A stretch of DNA of 64,000 bases from the NCBI RefSeq assembly GCF_009914755.1, contig NC_060935.1, one strand, 5' to 3'. The stretch is from the human T2T-CHM13v2.0 reference genome, Homo sapiens. The notes beneath the pieces are model-generated. The model searched no databases and had not been told where the DNA came from. It worked only from the letters and a program-made list of their open reading frames with translations. Numbering within the stretch: the first letter of the stretch is position 1; every line of letters begins with the position of its first letter. A program made the position numbers and the translations under genes. Positions 39,060 through 64,000 of the stretch are shown in pieces.

Positions 39060-40058
39060 GAGGAATCTTTTAGATGAATCCCAGTTAAAACAGATTAAAA
39101 TTTTTTTTAACGTGAAATAAAATATGACTTATTGACGTCTTAAAGAGTTTGCTAATATATTTATAATATATTTTTACTGTCTTTTGAAAAAAGCTCAATC
39201 TAATTGGTCAGGACAGGTCATTGTAAGTTTTCTAGGAAGAATCTGAAAACTTCAGGCCAAGATTCCATTTTACCTGCAGAAAATGAAGAGACTGCCAAGG
39301 CTAAACCATCTCCTATCAATACCTGCAATCTAGGTAAAACATTCAAGGACTATGGATGCTTGTTCACTAACAAGACTAAAAAATCATACCAATTAGCTGA
39401 TGTAAAGTCTCCTAAGGAATCTGGATTCATCACATATACCAATTAAGTAATAATCCAGCCACAGTTCCTTTCATGGATATAAAAATATTTTTTCTTCCTG
39501 TGAGTTATTTTTGCTCTCAAGTGAGAAATCATTTAAAAGTTGAGGAAGTAGAGAAGTTCCTTCATCTCTAGTCAGGGCATAAAACATGAGAGTGAGGACC
39601 AGGCTCACCACATAACTCAAGAGTTGCCTTTAAGGATTGCAAGGTTGCTTAAGGTTGTCAAATCTTAAAATACCCTGTAACAGTTTATTCATTATTAACT
39701 GCTGTTTACAGAATAGTTTCAAGCTATAATTTAAGTATTAATAAAATAAACCACTAATTTATTTTTATGTTATAAATTACTGAAAATTCAGAAGACAAAA
39801 AACAGAGCTCCCAATAATTCTAGTATTTTAATACAGGTACTTTTAGCATTTTGATGTATTTCTTTCGTTTTTTCTAGGTAATTTTTTTTAAACTGTAGTT
39901 GGAATTATCATGTGTGTGTATGTGTATGTTCTATGCCACTCTTCTCACTAACATAACAGATGCATTATTTCATGCTACTACAGTTTCATAAAATTTGCTT
40001 TAGCTCCACAACTTTTGTTTAAATTGAAAACATTCTCTATACTATATTTATATATATT

Positions 40059-42634
<2,576 letters not shown>

Positions 42635-42785
42635 TGAAAATGCATTTCCATGCTGTCTAAAGGAAAACTATTTAGTCTAGAAATGAGAAGACTTTACATA
42701 GCCCTGGCTCCTACAAAACTCCTCTCCTAACTCTCTCAAGCTTCCTGGAGAAGTATAGCCAACAAAAGAGAGGAAGACTACTTAC

Positions 42786-42827
42786 CCAAGAGAGGAGTGC
42801 AGCCCCCCGGGTGGCGTGGAGTGTCAT
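42786..42827 (-). CDS. NUMA1: NUMA1 first coding exon (MTLHATRGAALLSW; exon spans 42786-42859)
   Basis: AAG ATG Kozak context, donor TGG|GTAAGT, upstream cag acceptor; recognised NuMA N-terminus. Confidence 0.95.
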
Positions 42828-44086
42828 CTTGGTGATGCCAGACAGTCACTCCAATGCGCCTGGAACCCAAGAGAGGAAGAAAAGCAGTTAATCATATCAG
42901 ATATCCATGATCAAGAAATAAAGGCGAAATGGTTCAATTTGCCAATTCTCAACACTTAAATCACTCTTCACTGAATCCACCAAGACACCATGGGAATTTT
43001 TAGAAAGCTGAGTACACATGACAATTACTATAGAGCTTACATCAGAGACGACAGGAAAGAATTGTGCATTTAACTCAATGTCTACCCCATGTAATTTTTC
43101 AGTTCCACAGAAAATACAACATCCAAAGCTGGCCTTCAACCCTACTCTTTGGGACATGATGCCCTTAAATATGGAACAAACATGGTTTTCAGACAGACCT
43201 GGGTCTGGATGCTGATTTAATGTGACCAGGGTCATAGGACCTTAGACAAGCAACATAACCTCTTTTAGTCTTTTTCTTTATCTGCAAAATGGGATCCACA
43301 TACACCTCTCTGGGTTATTGTGATGCTTAAAGATAAAGCAAATAGTACGGTGCCTGGCACATGGTAGGTTGTCAATAAATAATTACTGTTCTTAAGCAGA
43401 AATGTTGATTTCTAGCTCTTTCTACAGGTACCCAAATTGTACCTAACAATACCTAAGTCCTTGGGGAAACTGTTCTAGTTTCTGGATTTTTATATCCTCC
43501 ACAGAAATGTCTCACAAACACAGTTCAAATGGGGGATTGAGAATATCCAAACTTAGGTCTCTGGATGAGGTCGAGCCCAATTCCGGAGGAGATCCCATGG
43601 GACATTTAATGAAAATTACGCACCTGTCCTGGTGTTCTCATCCCCAATTTCCTTTCCCATTGAGATTCTGCCACCTGCCTGCCAACCCACCCAAGAGACC
43701 ACAGACCAGATTAACTAAATATTCACCAACACCTCCTAGCAACCCTTGCAATTTTCACTAATCTCCAGGGGCACAATGAGCCCTGCCCCCATCTCCTGCC
43801 ACACGTGCTCAGTCTGTAATTACTCTAGAAGGAGGAACAAGAGTGGTAAGAGCCACATCACTTGTAAGTCTCCCCATATATTAGCATCTCCAGAGTGTGG
43901 GCTCTGTGGAACCAGTCTCATGTATGCAAGTTGGGGATAAAGAAAGACACCATTCTTGCCCAGAAGGTGCTCACTGTCTAGTAAGGGAAAGAGATACGAA
44001 AATCTGAAAATTCACTCCCCATTATCTCTTGGTCCTTCCTATCCAAGTATACTCTATTTATCAGCCAACCGAAAGGTATTTTCTTA

Positions 44087-44478
<392 letters not shown>

Positions 44479-47199
44479 TTATAGCAGGGTAGGGAGTAAA
44501 ATTAAACATATGTGAAGCACTAACAGAAGAAAATAATTAAATGCTAAATATAACTAAATGCTAATTACAATTAAGTGCTTCCTGACCCTGCAACATCCAA
44601 CATGATTCCACATGTCATACCAGCATCAGTCTTGGAATTGAGCCAATTCACCTGGGCTTTGGCAAGGGCAAATGAAATGGTTAAGAGAGCTCTCAGGAGG
44701 GCAGAAAAGCTAAGGGGCTTATGTTCCTCAGTCTTGGATAATTATCATCAAGTATACCCTATCCATGGGCAAGATTATGTAGCCCTTGAGGCCAGGCATG
44801 GATGGATGCAGATAGCCCCAACTACTGCACTGCAATAAGGCTTTTCTGTGGCTGACAAGACTAAAGCTCGAGGGACCACACTTGGCTCTGTGGTGGGGCG
44901 GCAACAGCCAGACACTCAACTGGGGTTTCTTTAAAAAAAAGGCCTCTGAGCTATTAAATCACAAGGAATGAGGCTGAGATCACCGCTCCCCCATCCTCAC
45001 TGCTGCCTATAGACTTGCAGTCCTTTTGATGAGGCCCAACACTTCGAAATTTTATCTGCAACTGTAGGCAGATCTTGCCCCCTTTGAAAGACTCACAGCT
45101 GTGCTACTAAAAATGTCCTGAGGTTTAACCAACCTCTTCATCTCAGAGGCAAAACATACAACCCTGAGGTCCTCCCAGGAGAGCCTGTCTAAAACTAGTT
45201 CCACTGTTCAAGAAAATGAGTGTCAAGGCTAAATATTCTTTTCTGTGTTCCCCAGGCACAGAAATACGAGGAACCCAATATTCACCACTAGGAACTCCTG
45301 AAGGACCTTGTCTGCTCTTCAGTTCTAAGCCTGTAAAGAGGTACTTTCCTAGAGACAGAACATCAGGGTGAGAGAGGCTTCAGGAGAGCCCCAGCCATTC
45401 CCTCTTCTCTGGGTAAGGAATGACTGAAGCCAGGAGCACAGCTAAGTCTTCTACATTGGGACTATAGCTTTAAGCAGACTTTGGCTGGGAACCCAAGGGC
45501 TCCCAGCCAGAGTACCATCCTCCCCACCCTCCCCCTGAAATCTGAGGCAGGCCCCACCCAGTACACTGGGTGATGCTGATGGAAAAACAGATCCTTGCGA
45601 TTGTAGCCTGGAACCATTTCACAGAAGGATCTGCTGAGATCCACCCCAGCTGGATCAGGCACCCCCCGTCCCCCCCACAACCCTCACTCAATAAACAAAG
45701 AAACAAAAGGCCAGGCCCTCTGAGGGCACCTTTGGAGTTCCCATCTACCTGATTCTCTGAGAAAGAAATTCCCCCAGAATCTAAAACAGAGGCCTCACCG
45801 AGCTGGTAAGGCACCCTCTCTTTTCCCTGGTCTCAAGAAGTAACCAAGGACACAGAAGCAGTTGCGTTATAAACTTAAGGCCCTGCATCCTTTTTACATT
45901 TCCCAAACTGACACAATGCAGCTCCCCCACATCAGGACAAATTCCCACATTTACAGTAACCCCTGTTTCCAGAAAATAAATATCAAGATAAGGAAAGTGA
46001 CACTAAAGAGACACGCAGCCACTCTGCCTGTACCCTCTCTGGACCTTAAAGAGTTAAAGCCTAGCCATGATTTCCTACCAGGGCTGAGGCTAATGTAAAC
46101 CACCTGCTCAGACGCAAGAAGCAGGACCAGAGGGTCAAGTTGCTGAGCTCTGAAGTCTGTTCTGAAAAAGCTTCAGTTTTAAGTACAGAACAAGTGATAG
46201 GCCAAAGGCCAGAGGGTCTGAGCTGCAGCAGCACTGCTCTCCTTACCCCGCCCTTGGCCTGGGTGCCAGCTCCTTTGAGACTGCCTCTTAGCCACTTACT
46301 GCCCATCAAGGGAACACCAGACCTACCTCAAGATAACACCAAAGTGACCTTTGGTCCCAGAGAGTTGTTAAACTATACCGATCTCTCAGCTCATGGGCCC
46401 TTGCTTCTGCTGAACCCTCATTCTCTTAGTGCTAACTCCCACTCCCAGAATTTCAGGGCCCAAAGCCCACACAAGCTCCCACCTCAAAGGGTCCTTCCCA
46501 GAACCCCACCCCCTTCTCCACCTGATAGTTCCAAAGGCCTACAGCCTCACAGCTCACAAAGGAAATGGCTGCCCCATCTGTGCGCCAGTGCTCACTTGCA
46601 AAATTTACCACCACTTACCCTGAGACGCTGCCTGCCTGTAGCCTAAGAATTCCATGCTCTGTACCCCTTTCTTAGAAAGATACTCCCCATCTGAGAGACA
46701 CTCACATCCAAAGAGTGAAAACCCTGATCTTGGGGCTCCTCCTCCTCCAACTCTGGGACGGATAGGCCAGGAGGCACATGCAAGCAAACACCGAGATCTC
46801 ACCTGGCAGGTTACCCAGAGGGGCCAAGCCACCTTGCCCTAGGCTAATAAGCTATAAAAACAGCATAGGAAATACTTTGCTGGTACATCCCCTGCCTCTG
46901 AGAAGATAAAAGGCAAGAGGACCAGTGGCTCCAAGAGACGCCATACAGAGAAAAACAATCTTTCTCAATTCCTGGGGAGTCCTGGGTAGACCGTCTGGTC
47001 CAAGTCCAAAGAGTTTCCTGAGGTCGGGGCAAACCAGTTTGGTCCATCTAAAGGGACTAGCTTGGGCTGAAGCCTCCTCTTCACACAGACCACTCCATCT
47101 TTGTAGCCTAGAGTTTGGCACAGAACCCCAAAGCCCTGGAGAGGAACAAGGGAGGGATTACAGAGGAAACCAAGCTTCTCTGGTTTCTTCAAAAGTGGC

Positions 47200-47325
47200 T
47201 TACAGATGTCTGCCCCTTCTCCCCGTTCTCTGGAGGGTCCAGATCAGGATGATGGCAAAAGAGCTGCAATCAGGAACCAGACCTGCAACCAGGCCTGCAG
47301 CCATGTATTGTACTGGGGCGCGTAC

Positions 47326-47379
<54 letters not shown>

Positions 47380-49000
47380 ACCTGGGCCCCCCACCACTAT
47401 ATTCACACACCCTGGTCCCTATCAGCTGACAAAATGAACCTTTTTTCACTGCCCACCACCGTGCACACACCCACGGCCTCACGCAGAAATGGTGAAGCCC
47501 TCTCCTGAGCTGTCTCTACAGCTCAACGTGCAGGCAAACACGCTTTCCTTCTCTGAACAAAAACATGCTGACATCTACGCAAGGGGGAAAGAAAGCAACC
47601 CTTTGCTCTGAAAGGCGCCAACTCCCGGATGTTGGCAAGCTCTGCTCCACAGCGCCTGTTTCTGAGTATGTTTACTTGCTCTCCCTCTTCTCTCCCTCCC
47701 CTTTAAGGATGGCGCAGGAAAGGGAGGTGAGGGGGGAGAATCCACCCCACCCCCTCGTCCATGTTTGAACAAAAACCCAGAGAAAGAGTGAGGGAGAAAA
47801 AGTCTCGGTGCGGGGGGGCCTTACCAGACTCCTAAAGCCAAACGTATCTACAGGTTTTAATCCGCCATTAGCATTTAAATCTTGAAAGGAGAGGAGGAAG
47901 GGGGGGCCAGTGGAAAGTAACCCCACACACAAAAGAAAAGTTGTTGGTTTTCTTCTCAGTCTGCCTGGCAGGAGCGATCGTCCTGGCTGACAGCCAGAAG
48001 TGCGTCACAGCCAGGAGTCTGCTTTCTTTAAAGGCACAGCAAGCTTCCCCGATCTGGGAGCGACAGCAAGCAGGGGACTCTCAGTGGGGGTGGGGCCCAG
48101 AGGGAGGGGGTGCACTGGAGAGGAGGGGCTGCAAAGGGGAAGGCTGGAGGCTTGGTCCACGAACAAGAAAAGCAGGACGAATGGGGGCGGCGGGTTGAGG
48201 GTGAAGGCACAAGCAGGCAGGCAAAATTACTGAACTCCAACAGCAGCAAGAGCCAAGGCAAACTGTGGCATAAACACACAAAACACATCTTACAGTGGCC
48301 TGCCTGACAAACTGGGATCAACCGGACACTCCCCCTTCGCTCTGTTTTCCACCCAGAGTTTAAGGCAGCAGTAATAATCTGTCCATCTCTCTGGACAGCA
48401 ATGGAAGGGTAGGACAAGGGCTGTCCTGATAATTAGATCAGCCCCTGCCTGGCGGACCGCAGGGCAAGGAGGAAGACCCGGGAACAGAGGCTTTGAAGAA
48501 CAAGCAACATGCAGGCCCTCTGATCGGGGGCACCTTCCTGCCGGCCCCAGGGCAGGCTGTGTCTTTAAGTACAACCATGCCACTCACACACAAAGCGCCC
48601 TGCCACCTTCCATGGGCACCGCCTGCCCTGCTCTGGGACACGGCCACCCACTAAATCCATTCCCCGAGGGAATCTCTCCAGCCCATACCTTCTGCGTGGC
48701 AAGGCCAGGATGCCGTGCTGTGCCCGCTCCTCCCCCTCCGCCACCCAAACAAGAAGCCCAGGCAGATTCTGGCCCTGGAGTACAGGCCTGCGCTGTCCTG
48801 TGCTGCGTGCTATTGTCGGCTGTGGAATGGCCGCCAAAATCCCAGCTGTGCTGCCAGAACCTAATCCCCTGTTCCGCTGAGCATTTATGGGGAGGGGCTG
48901 AGGGGCCAAGGCACGAGACCGAGTACGCCAGGCACTGGCTGCAGCCCTTAACAGACGCAGGCACCGGGACTTGTAGACTCTGCTTCTCCTACATGGCTGA
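47200..49000 (-). promoter_or_regulatory. Candidate intronic alternative promoter/enhancer of NUMA1
   Basis: No interspersed repeats seen; GC-richer and visibly CpG-richer than its flanks; several minus-strand splice donors. Confidence 0.45.
47324..47377. repeat. (CA)n microsatellite, about 27 units
   Basis: Direct reading. Confidence 0.97.
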
Positions 49001-49710
49001 AAACAAAAGATGTCTGACTCTTAGAAGACAAAATCACAGCATTTCCCCCCACTGAATAGCGAACTTCACCAAGGCTGAAAGGGAAGCCCACCAGATGGTC
49101 AACAGGCACCCCCTAATCTTATGCCACAAACATTTACTGAGCACCTACTATGTGTAAGGCACTCCTATAGGAAACTGTAGGAAGTATACAAAGATGAATT
49201 AAGCCCAGCATCCGCACTGAGGTAGGTTGTAATTCACAGGAGATAAGAAATATGACTTGAAGATTAATTTCAAACTGGTGTGCTAACTTCCATAAAAGCT
49301 GTAAAGAAAAATTCTAACCAGTTTAGAATAGGGAAGGATTACGAAAATGAAGTGCCATTTTAATTTGGACCTTGAAACACACAGGTAGCATTTCCCCAGA
49401 TAGAAACAGAGAGGTGTGGGGAGGAAGAGAAAGCAGAGAGGAGGCATGGAAGCAGTGGGAGAAAGGGCTTGAAGAGTGAGGTGGGGTCAGAGAGCTAGGA
49501 GAATCTTGAACCTCAAACCAAGGAATCAAAGACTTGTAAGTTTGTTTGTTATTAACACAGAGCTGTGGTATGACAAAAACTGTGCCCCAAGTTTATTCTG
49601 ATATATACCTGAATGAGACTAGCAGCAATGAGGTGAGTCAGGAAGCTGCACAGTCAGGAGACAGGTAATGAGGGCACACAAGAGGGTAAGGTAAGAAAGA
49701 ATGGAAAGGG

Positions 49711-54374
<4,664 letters not shown>

Positions 54375-54735
54375 ATAAGTACTAGGAGAGTTCAAGTCCC
54401 CAGTCATCCCCATGGGATGATTCTCACACAAATAATTAGCCTGGCACTCAAGGCCCTCCATGACCTGCAGCTTCTAGAGTTCTAGCTTCTAGAGTCGTTA
54501 TTCCCTTACCCAAACCCTCCACTCTGCCAGGCAGGTCTATAAAGTTACAGTTTGTCCTGAGAATTAGACAAGATGACCGCAGGGGACAGGCTCTGGATTA
54601 GCTACGAATTACAACAGTAACAGCAACGATAATGATAGTCTTTACTATGCCAGGATGTAAGTGACAGAGAAAAGACTAGAAGGCATTGTATTGGGCAGTT
54701 TTGTTTATTTTACTTTATTTTTTTAATAAAATTAA

Positions 54736-54856
54736 AAAATATATGGAACTCTTCACAAATTTGCATGTCATCCTCGCACAGGGGCCATGCTAATCTCTGT
54801 ATCGTTCCTATTTTATTTTGTTCCAATTTTAGTATACATGCTGCCGAACCAAGCAC
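54736..54856 (-). pseudogene. U6 snRNA processed pseudogene
   Basis: Reverse complement GTGCTTGGTTCGGCAGCATGTATACTAAAATTGGAAC...GATACAGAGATTAGCATGGCCCCTGTGCGAGGATGACATGCAAATTTGTGAAGAGTTCCATAT matches U6 end to end; A-rich tail and TSDs. Confidence 0.93.
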
Positions 54857-54925
54857 TGGGCAGTTTTAAAAATGAAGAAATCTGAGGCTCAGGAATTAGG
54901 TGACTTACGTGATCTAGTCATGTAA

Positions 54926-60172
<5,247 letters not shown>

Positions 60173-60629
60173 CATAGTTCCTAATTACGCCTTTTTGTAT
60201 TTTATTAATTTATCTTTCTCTTACTGCCTTAAGTTCCATGAAATCACAAACTGTGTGCTCACCGCTGAATTCTTAGAAATCAGCACAATGGCTGGCACAG
60301 CATGAGTGCTTGATAAATACTTCTTGAATGAATGAAAGGTTCCAAACTATATATTTTAAATGAACTCTATTTAAATGTAACCTTTATATAGAACCCCAGG
60401 ACACACAGAAGAAGACAGTTTGAAGTAAGGGATATTTGGAGACTTGTTCCCTCTGCTTCCCCCTGGTTCTTAAGTCAGTTCTATAGTTCTGTAAAGCTTT
60501 ACAGAATGCAGTGCAAAAACCATTGTCTGTTACAAGCAAGAAGTAATGTATGTCTGAAGTAAGGCAATGACAATAAAGATGCAACAATAGCTTTGAGAAC
60601 TATTTATGACAGGCCCTGACAACCAATTA

Positions 60630-61369
<740 letters not shown>

Positions 61370-62585
61370 TGTAAGAGTAACAATAACAATTTCCATTCAT
61401 TTGAACATAGTATCACCCCTATCAAGCAAATACTATTAATACCCTCAAGTTATAGAATAAATCTTTCACGATGTTAAGCAACTGTCATGATCTTCATTAG
61501 CAAAGATCATGAGGCTAATAAGTAGCAGAATTAAGTTTCAAATCCAAGACTGTCCCACTCCAAGCCCAAAATCTAAACCGTCTTGCTATATTGGCAAGCA
61601 GTTTGAGAGTTAGGTCTTAGACGTGAGATATCTACTGGATATACAGTTAGAAATAATCAGTAACTAATGAAAAATATGATTTGGGGTTAGAGATAAGGAT
61701 CTGGGCTCCATTTGGAAGACTGAATAAATTCAGAAGAGTGTCTATGAGAAGATCATGCTTGCTTGTAAGGCCTGTAAATGGGTGATGTACGCATTTGCGA
61801 TTGAAGTTTGTTGATTTACCAAGGTCTCTGCCTTGCATAGATCTAGTGGGCATCGGCATTAAGAGAGGAAGTAAAAAACTTTAGGAGAAATTCCAGATCT
61901 CTGGGGATTCCTGTTAGGACCTTTATATTATTTTTGTTTTGGGAGAATTTAACAGAAAGACAGTGACACCAATGTCAACAAAAAAAAATGAGACAGCAAA
62001 GGTGATAAAGAGAATAGATTTGGGGATCATCATTTTCTCTTCTGCTTGAGATTCCACAGCTCTCAACAAAAATGACTATTATTTGTGTATGGCTCTTTAC
62101 AACTAACAAAGTGTTTCCCATTTACAAGGTATTTCCTGTTTACCAATAATGTCAGATGAACCTTACAACAGCTGTTTAAGGTGAGGGCATTATTATTTTC
62201 ACTTTACCAAAGAGGAATGAAGTCCAGAAAAGTTAAGTTTACCTTGTCTAAGGTCATACAGCTAAAAAGCAACCGGGCCACGATGTAACCACGGTTTTCT
62301 GGCTCCTAATCTGGGGCTCTTTCCAGAAGACTCACCTGAGATAACATGAGCCACTCACTTATGAACCAAGAGTCATCATCCCTATGTATAGTTTCACTGT
62401 GTTTAAAAATAAAACAATAGGGGGATAGTGACTGGGAAGGGGCTAATGGTATGCTGGTAATGTTCTGTTTCTTGATGTAGGTGCTAGTAACACAGGTGTG
62501 TTCACCTTGTGGAAAGTCCTTGAGCTGTAAACTTTGTGTACTTTTCTGTATATATGTCATACTGTAATTATTAAATACCAGGCAA

Positions 62586-63531
<946 letters not shown>

Positions 63532-64000
63532 AGGCAAGCCAAACTGATAATCAAAACTCAGGAACACTAAGTTGGATGCGTCACATTTTTTACTCAATTT
63601 CTCAAACAGTAGCTACATATAGGACATCTACCAGTTATATAAGGATGTACAAAATTCTTGCACACTCAAATAACATATCCACCCAATTGTCCCAATCCAG
63701 ACTGTCTTAGTGATGTGAAAGAATCTGACAGGACTGGAAGTAACAGAAGCCCAGGAAAGGGCGGAGATTTTTGTTAATGAAAACAAAAATGGCATTGAAA
63801 ATGGAACTATCCTACATCATCATCAATGATGAGATATCTCAATTTCAGAGATAACAAAAATGTGAAAAAAAAATGGCCAGTGACAATTGGAAGATACTAT
63901 CAATTGTAAAATACACCCCAATTTCAGTGTTAAAATATTAAAAAAGCAAAAAAAAAAAAAAGAAAGAAAGCATTTTAAAACAAAGGAAATATATTCTAAT

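Overview
Human-type genomic DNA (Alu-rich; gene order recognised as the RNF121-IL18BP-NUMA1 locus, 11q13). It holds the last three coding exons and 3' UTR of RNF121 (+), the whole IL18BP gene (+, 194 aa isoform a reconstructed), and the complete NUMA1 coding region (-). NUMA1 has 25 coding exons from the ATG at 42827 to the TAA at 10443, summing to 6348 nt = 2115 aa + stop, followed by about 21 kb of repeat-rich 5' intron. I found no evidence for a wholly new gene or system. The most notable structure is at the RNA-processing level: two consecutive U12-type (minor spliceosome) introns in RNF121; a back-to-back poly(A) signal pair between IL18BP and NUMA1; hidden alternative NUMA1 C-termini (intronic polyadenylation, and a coding frame inside the 3' UTR); a candidate NUMA1 5' UTR exon whose donor abuts a (UG)n tract; a U6 retrocopy with target-site duplications; and an Alu-anchored inverted duplication. 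Exon boundaries were read by hand at GT/AG junctions and checked for frame. Repeat boundaries and family names are approximate and from recall.
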